From the human T2T-CHM13v2.0 reference genome, Homo sapiens: a stretch of DNA of 64,000 nucleotides. The translations under genes and the position numbers were made by a program. Positions 1 through 15,263 of the stretch are shown here, piece by piece; the stretch's first letter is position 1, and each line of letters opens with the position of its first letter. Location: assembly GCF_009914755.1 (NCBI RefSeq), contig NC_060947.1; one strand, 5' to 3'. Below the pieces are notes generated by a model that did no database searches, was not told the DNA's origin, and saw nothing but the letters and a program-made list of their open reading frames with translations.

Positions 1-660
1 TTAGGTAGTCAGTATACTCACTGTTATGGGAGCATCATCCACCTACACATATGCGCATCCAAATATATATCAATTAGTTTTTATTAACCTTTATATATTA
101 AAACCAATGAGTTTATACTAATATCTCTAATTCCACACTAATGGTACTTGTTGCATTGTAGTTTTTTTTTTCTATATTTTTAATTGTCTTCTCTGACAAT
201 GGAAACTCAGTCTCCCATTATTCTTAATATATTTACTTGCTATGTGCTATACAAAGCAGTAGGAGGCACTATCTTTTCATTCAATAAATTAAAATATAGT
301 TGTGACAATAAGACATATGAAAAGTCTCCCATTCTCTGTCCACTTTTATTCTCTGCAACCCACGTGGATGCCCTTCTCACTATACTTGGGCTCTGACTCC
401 CCATGGTAGCTCACACGTCTGTGCAGAATCTTTGTCAACCTATTTAGGCTAATCTTCATGCCCTACTGTCCCTTTCTGAGCATGGTCACTCTACTCACTA
501 CTGTCAGGCTCTGACACTTCAAGCAAGGCTCCCTGTGTGCAGGAACTCCCTCCTCATGTTGCTGGGGCTCTCAGATCCCACCTATGTCCCTGAAGCACTT
601 ATCCCTGGTGCAGTCTCCTACCTTTCTCTGCTATGCATACTGACTAGGACCGAAATGGTC
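1..660 (-). mobile_element. Old L1M (L1MC/L1ME-type) 3' region, degraded
   Basis: Resembles reverse-complemented L1MC4/5 3' UTR, with recurring 'ggctctgac' motifs; boundaries approximate. Confidence 0.4.
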
Positions 661-1013
661 AGGAAATGAAGGGAAAATTGAAGGTCTTACTTATATATGT
701 AAATGTATTGTTAACTCTTGTGTTCAACTTTTCATAAGTCTTTTTTGTCACAATTATATTGAAATTCTTTAATTGAAAATAATGTGTCTCATACTTCTTT
801 GTGTAATAAATAAACAATTATGCATAGCAGGGCTCAGTTAACATGTATTGGTTTTGTTTTTTTTAGTCTATGCTGCTCTTATTCGTTCATTATTTTTCTC
901 ATTTATTAAATAAATTATATGCTATAGGTGTGTATATTATGTGTGTGTGTGTATGAGTTTATGAACTAATGAAATATAAGAAAACGAAAAAGGTTGTTAT
1001 AAAAAATGATGGC

Positions 1014-1328
<315 letters not shown>

Positions 1329-2436
1329 TCATTTGGGTAGTCATTTACTTTAATGACCTGTTTATAATAGACTACTAAAAACAAAATTCGTAGCTTCTAC
1401 ATGAGTATTTTAAATGTACTTAAAGTAACTCTATGTAATATGAAATATTTTAGGAATAAAAAATAAATTTGAAGTCCTCAGGGACTTTTGATTTCAGCTC
1501 CAACATGTAAAATTTAGAGTCTTCACTTCAGTCTTTACAGGAGAAAGTTTAATCAGCTGGAATTCAATAACTTTGCTTGGCCCTATCACAGAACTAAGGT
1601 CCCAGGACAAACTGCCAACTTGAAATCTAGGGAGTTAGATGGCCCCTAAGAGACAAACTGTGTCTGGGTAATTGGGAGGAAAGCTGCTGGAGCCATAAAC
1701 TCTTAGGGGCAGTTATATGGTAATTTTACTGAATTGTTGAAAACTAAGTATAGATTAGAATAAAAATTAGAATCTTTTGAGGGGCCACATTTTTAGGGCC
1801 CCCGAACTTTCACAGGCCTTACCTACAAGAACTAGAACAGGTTAACAAGGAGAAGATATGAGAAATATCCCCTAATAGCTTTGGCATGAGGAGAGAAAAA
1901 TAATCATCTTGGAATAAACCCAAAGCCTTCTTCTCCATGACAAAGGCATACTCTCCAGAGAGAAATACATTGCCAGAACCTTATACCAACTGGGGCAAGG
2001 GTTTTGATTCCACTCCAATCCTCTCCAGACTTACTAACTCACACCATAAAGGATGATATAATACTAAATAGCGCTTCTAGGAAATAAATTCAGAATACTG
2101 CAGCCAAAGAAGGGAGTAGGGGACAAGCAGGGAAAAAGGTTACACCACAGGAGAAACACTTGTGAAGCTACAGACCTGAGACACAGGCCCGCTTAAAGAC
2201 TAAAGTTTACCCAGATGATTATAGAACAATATACTTCCTCATAACTTACCACCTACGGTACAACAACAGTGGATTAAATTCTAAAGAGTTGAACAGCACA
2301 GGCTTTCTCTGAGCAAAAGACAACAGTGGAGATAACAACAAGGATAGTGGAGAAATTTGTAGCCTCTGACACCTACACAAACAGCAAACAATGAGCAAAG
2401 GCCAATTGCTAAAGTTGTACTTACCTCAGTTCTTAT

Positions 2437-2772
2437 TGAGACAGCCAGGTAGGAAAGGATCCCCAGAAAAACTCCAGCCGGCCTGCACACTGGGAGCAGT
2501 GCGCTGGGGTGGAGCCACAGAATTTCACGCTGTTTGCAGCGGGGAGGAGCCTGGTCCCTCCTCTTCCTGGGTGGAACCTGGAGTTCAATCTGCCAGGCAG
2601 GAAGCACTCTAGGAGGGACTCTGGCCTTGTGGAGAGTCCCTGTTTCCTTCTTTTTCTTTCACCCAATAAACCCTGCCCTCCTCACTCTTCAAATTGTCTG
2701 CCAGCCTAGTTTTTTGTGGCCTTGTGATAAGGACCCAGTCTTGAGCTCAACTAAGGAAAAAGTCGCACAACA
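2437..2772 (+). mobile_element. ERV1 solo LTR, MER61-like
   Basis: TG...CA ends, perfect 4-bp TSD TTAT (2433-2436 / 2773-2776), AATAAA; family assigned from memory. Confidence 0.85.
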
Positions 2773-4355
2773 TTATTACCTGGTACAATGTCTGCCTTTC
2801 AAGAAAAATAAAAATAAAGCAGGCAAAAAGGCAAGTGAAACACAGTGTTAAGAATCAAAGGAAGAATCAGAACCAGACTCAGATACAACATAGATATTGG
2901 AGTTGTAAGATAGACAATATAAAATAACTGTGACTAAAATGTTAAGGATACTAAAGGGAAAAAAAGGTAACACAAAAGAACAGTGATGGAAGCACTAAAA
3001 AAAAAAAATTAAAAGAAAATACCAGAAATAAAAACTACTCTAAAAATCAAAACGAAGGCCCTTGACAGGCTTATCAGTATATGGACAAAGAAAGAATAAG
3101 CAAGCTTAGTGATAAGGCAATAAAAGCTTTCCATACTAGAATGCAAAGATTACAAAAAACTGATGAAACAGAAAAGGAAGAAAATTGTGGAACAGCTTCA
3201 AAAGGTGTGGCATATTCTTAATTGTAATAACAAAAGGGAAAAAAGGACAACAGAATACTTGAAGTGATAATGCTTGGAAACATTCAAAATTAATAACAGA
3301 TAGCAAATCACAGTTTCAAGAAACACAGGAAACACCAAGTTGAAGAACTTAACAGGAAGCTCCTAGGCATATATGTTTGAACTGTAGAAAAGTAAAAAGA
3401 GAGAAAATCTTGAAAGAAATAAATACCAGAATAAAAACTGGTACCTTACCATGGAAAAAAGAATTAAAAACTACAGTCGTTTCTCATCAAAAACTGTGTA
3501 AGCAAGAAAAGAGTGTAATAAAATACTTAAAGTAATTTTTTAAAAAAACCCACAAACCTAAAAATCTATATTCAGTAAAATTTACTAAAATTTACTCTAG
3601 GTATGCAAATCTGTTTCAGCATTCTAATAATAATGTAGTCTACCATAAGAACAGAATGAGAAAAATAATCACATCATATGATTTTATCACTAGACCCAAA
3701 GAAAAACCCTCCCAGCAAACAAAAAATAGAAAGGAATAGTTGTTAAAGAACACTTACAAAACACTGTTCGTCACACAAATAACTATCATTATACTTAAAG
3801 ATGAGAAACTGTATGCTTTCCCACCATCAAGAATAAGTCAAGAATGTCCTCTCTTGTCACTTATTCCACATTGTACTATTGGAATGTCTTAGCTTGTACA
3901 ACAAGACAAGTGTAGAAAATATATATAGACTGGGAAGAAGTAAAATGACGGTATTTACTCACAGATGACATGTTCTCTATGTGGAAAATCCCAAAGAATT
4001 AACAAAATCCAAAAGAGTTGACAAAATAACTACTGGAACTAATGCATAAATATAGCAAGGTTGCAGAATAAAAGGAAAATAAATAAAAATAAATTGATGT
4101 CTTGTATATCAGCAATGAGTTATAGAAATAAGAACTGTAATAAAAAATACACCACTATTATAGCACCCAAAAACAGAATACTTAGATATAAATTTATTAA
4201 AACATATACAGGATCTATGTGGGGAAACTTCAAAAATCTTATGCAAGAAATCAAACCTCTAAATAAATGGAGAAAAATAAATAAATCAAGAAATAAATGA
4301 ATGGAGTGTTACTCTGTGTCTATGAATTAGAAGACTCAATATTAATATGTCCATT

Positions 4356-5080
4356 TGTTGTCAGTGGCCTGATTCAATTTCTTGACTTCACTGGGAGTCC
4401 AAAGTCAGAGTAAAGAAGTTTATTGCAAAGCAAAAGTTTATTGCAAAGTCAAAATAAAGAAGTTTATTGCAAAGCAAAAGTACTCACTGAGAGGCAGAGT
4501 GGGCTGCTCAAAAAGCAAGACAGCCCCTAGTGTCTTAAGGGAAATTCCCTTTATGCAACCTGTACATACATATTCATAAAATACTGATGAGGTCAACTAT
4601 GTAAAGGCGGGCCTGTGGTCGGTAAATGTGCTTAGTATCTACATGTTATAAAATGCATCACATGTATCATCAGCGTAGAAAATCTCCACCTAGGGAGCGT
4701 GTTTTTTTTACTGTCAAAATAAGGGAAAGGTTACTAAATTAAACCTTGAGCCTAGCTGCACATATGGGACTCCAGAGAAGCCCCTGTTGCCCCCTACCCA
4801 GGCAGGAATTTGTAGCTAATATCTCTTGGGCTTTTGGTGCTGATTGATGGGAGACTGGGGAAGTTACATCGGGAATAAGGGACGTTTTTTCTTTTTCCCA
4901 GGCTGTACTAGGTATCAGGAACATGTAACTATCTAGCAGTCTGTTGGTATCCTGTAGGACTGCTTACCTTGCAAAAGAATTAGGTGCTGATGCACAGGTG
5001 TGCAAGGGATGCAGCGCCCACTGGGCTTCATACAAAGGGACAAGCCAGTATAGGCTCCTAATCTTACTTATCGTGCCTCA
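4356..5080 (-). mobile_element. ERV1-class solo LTR inserted in L1
   Basis: TG...CA ends, near-TSD catt/aatt, L1 ORF2 resumes at 5081; minus-strand AATAAA; subfamily uncertain. Confidence 0.8.
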
Positions 5081-6289
5081 AATTCTTCTTAACTTAATCT
5101 ACATATTCAATGCACTCCATATTAGAACTCAGAAAATTGTTTGTATATATTGAAACACTAAAGTTTGTATGAAAAGCAAAAGACAGAATAGACAACAAAA
5201 TACTAAAGAAGTAGTTTGAGGACACACCCTACATGATGACAAGACTTGCTGTAAAGTTACAGTAATTAAGACAACGTAGTATTAGCAAATAATAGAAACA
5301 TAGATCCAGGTAACAATATAGAAATTCCATAAATCAACCATGCTAATATATTCAACTGACCTGTGGCAAGAGAGCAAAGTCAATTAAATGGAGAAAGAAT
5401 AGTATTTTCAACAAATGGTGCTGGAATATTTGGTCTAACATATGCAAAAAAAATATGAATCTAAACACAAATTTTACATGTTTCTCTCCACACACACACA
5501 AAACTCAAAATGGATCATAGATCTAAATATGAAATACAAAACTATAGAACTCGGATATGATGACAGCACAAAATCTAGGTGATTGGTTTTGACAGTGAAT
5601 GTTTAGATACATCTTCAATGTGCATTGCTAATTGAAAGGAACTGGTCTGGAAGAGCTACATATAATATAATTTCACTTTTTTCACATCCTGGAAAAATTA
5701 AAATTAGATAATAAAAAGATCAGTGTTTGCCAGGGTTTTAGGGGGGAGGAGGGAGGGATGAATAAATCTATCATGGTAGATTTTTAGGGCATTAAAACTG
5801 TCTTTATGAAACTATAATAGTAGATACATATCACTGTATATGAGAATTTGTTCAAATCCATAGTGTGTACAACACCAAGAGTGAACTCTAATGGGAATTA
5901 CGGACTTTAGTTAATAACAACATATTAATATTAACTCGTCAAATGTAATAAATGCACCACACTAATGCAAGATACCAATAATAATGGGAACTGGAGAAAG
6001 GGGAGAAACCCCAGAGCAAGCTCTGTGTACCTTTTACTCAATTTTTCTGTAAGGCAAAAACAGCTAAAAAAAAATCTATTGATTTTTAAAATTGAACTAT
6101 CAAGCCACAGAAAACATAGATGAATTTAAAATGCATATTGTGAAGTGAAAGAAGCCAGTCAGAAAAGGCTTCATATCATATGATTGTAATGATACCATAC
6201 TCCAGCAAAGGCAAATCTATAGCAATGTTGAAAAGATCCGTGATTGACAAGGATTCAGGGGCAGAAGAAGAGTTTAATCGGTCTAGTAA

Positions 6290-7590
<1,301 letters not shown>

Positions 7591-7595
7591 ATTTG

Positions 7596-7815
7596 TAATT
7601 GATAATAATAATATATTGTTTATATCAAAACGGCTAAAAAAAGGATTTTAGATGCTCTCACCACAAAGAAATGATAGTATTTGGGTGTGATAAATATGTT
7701 AATTGACCATATTTGATTATTCCACAATGTACATGTAACAAAACACCACATTGTACCCCATAAATATATAAAATTATTATTTGCAATTAGAAATAAAATA
7801 TAACTTAAAAAAGAA
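7596..7815 (+). mobile_element. L1MA 3' end fragment
   Basis: ctcaccacaaagaaatgata...cacattgtaccccataaatatata, A-rich tail. Confidence 0.8.
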
Positions 7816-7969
7816 AATCCACAACTCCTTTCTATAATTTATGAATGTGTGTCAAAAGTCTTAAATTTGGTTTTAAATATCTTGCTGTAACTGATCTTTA
7901 CTGTCTATTCACAGGTCACTAGACATCCTGCTCCAGGTGTAATTATGCTATTAACACAAACAACAGCTG

Positions 7970-8041
7970 GCTCACATGTACTAAGCTCACGTGTACTAAG
8001 CTCACTTGTACTAAGCAGCTCATTGAGCCCACATGTACTAA
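7970..8041. repeat. 15-bp tandem repeat GCTCAC(A/G/T)TGTACTAA x3 plus one separated copy
   Basis: Units at 7970, 7985, 8000 and 8027 read directly. Confidence 0.9.
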
Positions 8042-8119
8042 GCAGCGTGATAAGTACTTGTATATGCAGTATGTCATATCCAGGCAACAATTTTAAGAGG
8101 TACATATTATGCCTACAAG

Positions 8120-8215
8120 AATAGGGACCATGACTGTTTTGTTCAACACTGTACACCAGTACCTAGAGAAGTGATTTGTATATGGTAGACATTCAATAAA
8201 TCGTTATTGAATGAA
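8120..8215 (+). mobile_element. L2 3' tail fragment
   Basis: tgttttgttcaacactgta...cattcaataaat...tgaatgaa. Confidence 0.7.
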
Positions 8216-8265
8216 GGAACTTCATTTCATGGAAAGAAGATTTCAAAAGTTTCAGTATCTTACAT

Positions 8266-8587
8266 CAGGGATCCCTGACCCCGGGGCCACAGACTGGTAC
8301 TGCTCTGTGGCCTGTTAGGAGCTGGCCTGCACAGCAGGAGGTAAGCAGCAGGCTAGCAAGAATTACTGCCTGTCATATTAGTAGTGGCATTGTATTCTCA
8401 TAGGAGTGTGAACCCTATTGTGAACTGCACCTGTGGGGGATCTAAGTTGTGTGCTCCTTATGCGAATCTAATGTCTGATGATCTGATCTGATCTGAGGTG
8501 GAACGGTTTCATCCCACCCCACACCCATCCACGGAAAGATTGTCTTCCACAATCAGTCCCTGGTACTGAAAAAGCTGGGGACTACTG
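8266..8587 (+). mobile_element. MER1B (hAT-Charlie MITE)
   Basis: CAGGGATCCC...GGGGACTACTG termini, 8-bp TSD tcttacat/tcttacag. Confidence 0.9.
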
Positions 8588-8919
8588 TCTTACAGAATGT
8601 CACACAGCACATGATATCAGAAAATTAGTCCCAGATCTGTGTATAAAGCGTATAATTAAAATCACTATATGATTACTACCTCGTGAATTTTCTGTGCATG
8701 TTGTGCTTTCACTTATATTGCTTGATTACATATTCACTGAAAATTCTCTCTTATCACCATCAATGAAATCATTACATTTACTTCATGACTCACTAAAAGA
8801 TGTAGGCTCTCTAAACATGTTCACAGATTCTTCCCATTTCATGTTAGTCTTTTTCTTCTTTTCCATCTCCTTCATGCATGTATCCATCAGAACCAGGCTG
8901 ATAATTAATCAAATAAACA

Positions 8920-9095
8920 GGCAGTTTTCAACCCCGGTTGCGTACCAGAAATACTTGTGGAGAATTTTAAAGTACAGATATCGCATGCTCAACTGTAGAT
9001 TTTCCTATTCAGAATATCCTGCTTTAGAGTCTCAGTCTGAAAGTTTTGCAAGTTCTCTAGGTGTAGTGGGTGCTGACATCTATGTGGCAGATCTA
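8920..9095. mobile_element. MER5-like hAT MITE
   Basis: cagttttcaaccccggttg...attcagaatatc pattern. Confidence 0.55.
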
Positions 9096-9099
9096 GGAA

Positions 9100-9445
9100 T
9101 TCATTCCCTAAACTGTCAGGAATGTTGATTGTCAATGGCTCACAGCTTAGACACTCTCAAAAAATCACCCTCTTTGAAAGTAAACTACCTCTCCCAAGAT
9201 TGTACTTCTGTCCTGGAGGTAGCTTACTTCCAGTGATTATTGCATAGCTTACAAATACTCCACCCTTTGCTTCACCTGGAAACTCTGAAAGATCATTTCA
9301 GCTCCAGAATTCCCTGTATACAAAACAGGGAGTTGTAGTGGTTGCATTGCTATTGAACTTCTGCCACTGCCAACCCTGCTTCCTTCACTATTACAGGTGT
9401 TAATCACAAGAACACTTTTCAATAAACCTGCATGCAAATCTTAAA
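9100..9445 (+). mobile_element. LTR16-like ERVL LTR fragment
   Basis: aactctgaaagatcatttcagctccagaattccc...acaggtgttaatc...aataaacctgcatgcaaatc. Confidence 0.7.
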
Positions 9446-10271
9446 TATATATTTTATATATGGATGTAGAGCTCTGGTTCTGAGACAAGATGGCCTAGAC
9501 TTTCCATTTCCTTTTCTTTCCTGCTCAATAAAACCAAATGCCCTAGAAATAATTCAAAATGAAAGAAGAATTCTGAAGGGTGGAAAGAAAGGTGAAACGC
9601 CTAAGGACATCAGGACTTGAAGAACATAATCATGGTGAATTTTGTGCTTTTTTCTTTTTTTATCTTCCATATATCCTGGATGGAACATAACAGAGATCTG
9701 AAACCCAGAACTGCCAAGAGGTTAGCTCTGGGGAATAAGGTCGGGGGAAGGGGGGCGTATAGTGGAGGGTAATGAGAATCTCAGCTGGGACTTAATGAGC
9801 AAACCCATACCTGATGGAGCAAGCTGCCTGAACTGCCTATTGCTGAGTCACCACCAGAGATCCAGGGGCCAACCCATCCCCTGCATCACACCAGTATGCA
9901 GCCGTGGGTGTGATGCAGGGGATGGGTCTACAGCCACAGTGGCAGCAGTAGAACTTTAGTGCAATGAAAATTAGTAGTGACAAAGAGGAGCATTACACAA
10001 TGATAAATAGATTAGCCAACAAAAAAGGCATGATGATCCGAAATGTGTAAGCACAAAACAAGATAGCCTAAAATTAAATGAAATTAAAATGCATGGATCT
10101 GAATGGAGAAATAGACAAATCCACAAACATGTAATAGAATGTGGTTTCTTTGGAGGCTGATTGAAAAGTCTAAATTGACTGTGATGATGGTTGCATATAT
10201 AATTGAATACACTAAAAACCATTAAATTATAAAATTTAAATGCATAAATTGTATGGCATGTAAATTACATC

Positions 10272-10540
10272 TTTTTATTTTTTTATTTTTAATTTTTGTG
10301 GGTACATAGTAGGTGTATATATTTATGGAGTACATGAGATATTTTGATAAAGACACCCCGTCATGCAAAATGGGGTATCCATCCCCTCAAGCAGTTATCC
10401 TTTGTGTTACAAACAGTCCAATTATACTTTTTTAGTTATTGTAAAATGTACAATTAAATTATTATTGATGATAGTCACTGTTGTGGTATCAAATACTAAA
10501 TACTATTCACATTTTCTAACTATTTTTGTATCCATTATCC
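10272..10540 (-). mobile_element. L1MA (L1MA1-3-like) 3' end
   Basis: T-rich tail then tttttgtgggtacatagtaggtgtatatatttatgg. Confidence 0.85.
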
Positions 10541-11164
10541 ATGTGATTTATGTGTTAATAAAGCCATTTAAAATACTTTAAGAACCAGATGGAAAGAGAT
10601 ATATTTACTTGGTACATTATAGATTAATACAATGAATCTACACAACACTTGAATGTAATATCTGGGGGCTATTTTTTTCTTCCTGTTTTATCAACTGCTA
10701 TGTCTTCAGAACCTGTACGCAAAAGGTGCTCAATAAAGATCTGTTACTGTTTGTTTTTTAACTGTTGGTTCAAATATGTCAGTACACATTATTTAACTAG
10801 ACAAATTCCCATAGAATCAGAGGTTTTCTTTCTCTATAGTCTTTCTCTCTGTATATCCCTACAATTGGGTTAGGAGAAAAGAAAGAAGGAAGGAAGTCTG
10901 GTCATTTGTGTTTCCTCATTGAAGGATGTATTCTTTTTTGATACAAACTTGTGCTTAGTAAAAATAGTCAATTTCACAATCAAGATTGCAGACATCCAAA
11001 ATATGATTGTAACAGACACTATTTGTTTCCACTGAATATATATTCCCCATATTTTTCTTTGTCACAAATCCCCACTTCTGCTCAGGTATTAGATGACATT
11101 GGGTTCCTTCCCATTTCAGGAATAAATTGTGATTAGTGCAATCTTATTATGGTATTTTATTCCT

Positions 11165-11588
11165 ATAGTAGACAGTGTTCTCCAGAAAAAAAATAGAACC
11201 AATAGAATGTGTGTGTCGGTTCAGGGGAGGGGAGAGAGTTTACTTTAAGAAAGTGGCCGCAAAACTGTGGAGGCTGGCAAGTCCCAGCTCTGCTGGTAGA
11301 CCAGCAAGCAGGCTAGACTCATGGAATAGTCTATGTTTCAGCCCCAGTACTAAGGAGGTCAGTGGGCAGATTCCCTTTTTCTCAGAGAAGATCAGTCTTT
11401 TTCTTAAATCCTGGAAATGATTGCATGGGGCCCACCCACATTATAGAGGGCATTCTGCTTTATTCAAAGTCTGCTAACTTAAATATTAATCTCACCAAAA
11501 AATACCTTCACAGAAACATCCTAATATGTTTCACCAAATACACTGGTACATAGCCTATCCAAATTGACACATAAAATTAACCATCACA
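11165..11588 (-). mobile_element. MLT2 LTR (3' LTR of an ERVL)
   Basis: Ends aattgacacataaaattaaccatcaca (reverse of MLT2 start TGTGATGGTTAAT); adjoins ERVL internal 3' end. Confidence 0.85.
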
Positions 11589-13270
11589 AGTCTACCTTTT
11601 GTCAATTTGGCACTCATATACATATCAAACTATAATCTCAAAATACACAAAATTACAAAGTTATACTTCTGCTTAACATGATACATTTTACTACATACAA
11701 CTAAAAATGCACTAACATTTTCTCCAGAAAAGGATGCAAAATCTTTGTTTAATATTCACTTTTCTTCTTGATATTCTAGAATTTAATTACTATAATATAC
11801 AGTTAAAAATGCTTAAATATTATGCTGTTAAATAAAAATACCTTACATTATATAAAAAAAGGATTAGATATAGAAGAAAAATGATATTTACTGAACATTA
11901 TATAGATAGTTGAATGTATATATGTATATATATTTCTACTCATATATATACATATAAATATGTTTGCAGTAAAATAAGAAAAACTATTTATGACAATTAC
12001 ATCCTCATTTCTGTAACTCATCATACAGTCATGGAATATACAGGCAGTCTCCAACTTACAATTGTTTTGCTGGCAATTTTTCGACTTGATGATGATGTGA
12101 GAGTGATACACATTCAGTAAAAATCATACTTTAAATTTTGAAATTTGATCTTTTCCCAAGCTGGCAATATGTTGTATGATACTGTCTCATAATACTGTTC
12201 TGAGCATTTTTAAGGTAGGCTAAGCTAAGCTATGCTGTATGGTAGGTTATGTGTATTAAATGCATTTTTCATTTACAATATTTTCAACTTATAATGGATT
12301 TATCAGGATGTAACCCCATTATAAGTCAAGGAGCATTTCTATTTACAACTACAATCTCCTACTACCCATTTAACATTTCCTTTGCCTTCAGCAAACACCT
12401 CAGTTGTTGGTCATGGGTATTTACCTGGTGGGGTAAACAAAACTTCATTTCAGGAATGTCTGCTTTATTAGCAGTTTTGTCTGAATTGGGTTGTTGCAGT
12501 TTTCCATTCACTTTAAACATAGCAAATGGTGACACTAAGAGATACTCCAAGGGATCTCCTGTATTTCAGACTCCTGTATTCTTATGGTATTGTTAAGTAG
12601 CAGTTTAATTTCCCCTTGGTAATCAGGATCAATCACCTCAACCAGCACAATAACTCACTTATTTGTCTATTGATTCAATGGGATAAGTATCTCAAAGTAG
12701 CCAGGTAGTATTCTTAACTTCAAGTACAATGTAATCATTATTGTGCCTCCTGGCAGAAGTATTTTCCCTTTGGAAATAAGACTTTTAGGCCAGCAGAGCA
12801 TAAGGTCACGGCAACAGGAAGCAAAGTGGATCATTAGGGGTAATAGCTAATCGTGCCACTACCAATTCCACTCCTTGAATGCTGGACACAGAAATCCTAG
12901 CTATGGGAGAAACAGCACCAAATTAGATGCTGATTCAGAGCATAAACATTGTCCTGAAGAATCTTACCCCAGCCTTTCAAGATAGTAACCCTAGTTGGCA
13001 TAGTAACTGAGTCATCAAAAGGCCATTCCACTGTTCTATTAAGCCTGCTGCTTTATAATGGTGAGAAACATAGTAAGACCAATAAATTCCATAAGCATAG
13101 GCCCATTGCCACACCTTATTTGCTGTGAAGTAGGTTTCTTGATACAAAGCAATAAGTATGGAATACATGGTAAGGCATTCTGTGAGTCCACAGATGGTAG
13201 TTTTAGCAGAAGCATTGCACATGCGGGAAAGGAACATCCATTTCCAGAATGAGTTTAAGTTCCAGCAAGG
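11589..13270 (-). mobile_element. ERVL internal 3' part (integrase region), defective
   Basis: ORF 12977-13345 contains the ERVL integrase-like peptides NASAKTTICGLTECL and AAGLIEQWNGLL. Confidence 0.85.
12041..12339 (-). mobile_element. MER47 (TcMar-Tigger MITE)
   Basis: TA flanks; aaggtaggctaagctaagctatg...aaccccattataagtcaaggagcat matches reverse MER47. Confidence 0.8.
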
Positions 13271-15263
13271 AAAAAAGAAGAAAAAAAAAAAAAAACACTG
13301 AGAGTCCATGGCATATTGTGGCAATAAAAATACACAAAATATCACAATTGGATACTCCCAATCAAATACTTATAAGAGGCAAGATTTTGAATGACTATGT
13401 ATTTGGTATTTTAGAACATTCTTAACAAACCAATGAATATAAGGAAACAGGCTGGTTACTCCTAATCTTGCTGAACAAAGTGGAGAAAACAGAGCATAAG
13501 CTCAGGTATTTATGTGTCAGCCTGTGTGTGACATAAATGACCGGAAAGTTTCCATGTCTGCCCTGAAATAAACCCTTATTGTTTGTACCCTCAGAGATGA
13601 GATTGCTGAAAAACAAACCAAGAGTTTCATTTGGTAAGTGGCTGAATCACAACCCAAACTGAATTTCAAACCTCAGAAAATGTCTGCTGTTAAAGTGAGA
13701 TCATTGATTGGAAAGAAATGGAATCCTGAAACTTGAAATGGGATATCAGGGCAGACTGTGATGAACCTAAGGATGCTGAGTCCTTAAATTTTCATGAGTC
13801 TTCTCTGTAAGTAGAGAAGCCTCTGCAACCCCATCTAAGGAGATTAATCCTACACTGCCTAAGGAAACTGTAATGGCTCCCCTAAGGTAACTGCCTTGCA
13901 AGATACTGCTTCTTCTCATGATCCACCCTCAACACTACTCTTTACTTCTATACCTATAACTAGACTCAAGTCCCAGAAGGGACTGAAAGGTGAAATACAA
14001 AGTGTGATTCATGAGGTGTGTTACACTTCAAAAGAACTACATTTTTTTTTTCCAATTTACACATGTGAGATCATGGTGGAAGAAAGTTAAAGTTGGATTA
14101 GGCTAAATTTATTGATATGAGCCCACTAAACAGAGATTCTCAAATTAAGGTTGTAGCCCAGGAATTTATAAAGGGCTTCAGTAGTTGATTTGGTTGGCTG
14201 TCTGAAACATGGACCAAAAGGTGGCCCTCAGCAAATGAAGGAGAGATGTCAAAACTTTTTTTTTGGTATGCTGTCGGTGAAGGAACTAAAGCACTTAGAG
14301 AGATTGGAATGTAAGAGTGCATTTGTCTTTTAAGACCTGCTCATCCATGTCAGTAGGGTCCAAATAACAAATCTTTTACCATGAGAAAAAAAAAAATGTT
14401 AGGGGAGCTTTAGCATCCTTGAACACCTCTATGGTCATTCTTCTCTGTGAGTCAGAACTTACACTGGAAACTACTGCCACCAAATTGGGAAATCTAAATG
14501 CAATAAGGGAAATTGGATCTTAAGGTGGCAGGGGTCAAGTGGCAGCACTCAATTCCCCCCGAAAAAGTGGACATGGTTACTATAATGGACATCAGAGTCA
14601 AAGAAGTAATCAGAATAATCTGACTTGAAGAGACCTATGGTGTTGGGTATTTAATCACAGTGTTTCTAAATGTGAAATTGATAGGAAACCTACTAAATTC
14701 TTACTTTATCTGTATAAATAGAAAATGTTTAGGTAAAGTCAACAAACATCTAGCCTGAATCGTAAAAAGAGATAGTAGTTGTGACCTCTTAATCAATTCC
14801 CAGACATGAAGCCAGTTTACAGACCCAGAACCCCTTTAATGAAAGAAAGACTGGGTCCACTTGAGAAAAGAGTCTGTTACATTGCCAAAAATTTACACAG
14901 TTAATCTTACTACAAGCATTCTTCCAAGAGATTTATGTCCTTTCACTATGATGTCTGTGCAGTGAGAACAACGACATAATCAGAAACTTTCAGGAATTAC
15001 TGCATACTGGCTCTGAACTGACACTAATAACATCACTCTGTTGCACCAAAGTAAGAACTTATAGAGGTCAGATGATCAATGTTTTAGCTCTGGTCCACCT
15101 TCAGGGTCTAGAGGGTGCCCCAAATCATTCTGTGCTTAATTCCCTAGTTTCATAATCTATAATTGGTATAGATAATCTCAGGAACTGGCACAGTCCCCAC
15201 ATGGGTTCCCTGACTTGTGGAATGAAGGTCATTATGGTAGGAAAGGTCAGGTGGGAGCCAGTA

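Larger units (their letters stand above)
1480..6285 (+). mobile_element. Degraded L1MC-like LINE (5' region, ORF1 and ORF2 remnants, 3' UTR) interrupted by two solo LTRs
   Basis: A-rich ORF1-like segment to ~3590, then ORF2 motifs (gaaaatcccaaagaa, caacaaatggtgctgga, ctcaaaatggatcatagatctaaat) and L1MC 3' UTR (acaacaccaagagtgaac). Confidence 0.75.

Noticed and set aside
2437-2772. p53 site in MER61-like LTRs (also 25201-25545)
   Set aside because: No paired RRRCWWGYYY motif seen in these copies
8694-9128. 144-aa ORF
   Set aside because: Non-ATG start, runs through a MER5-like element, no recognisable domain
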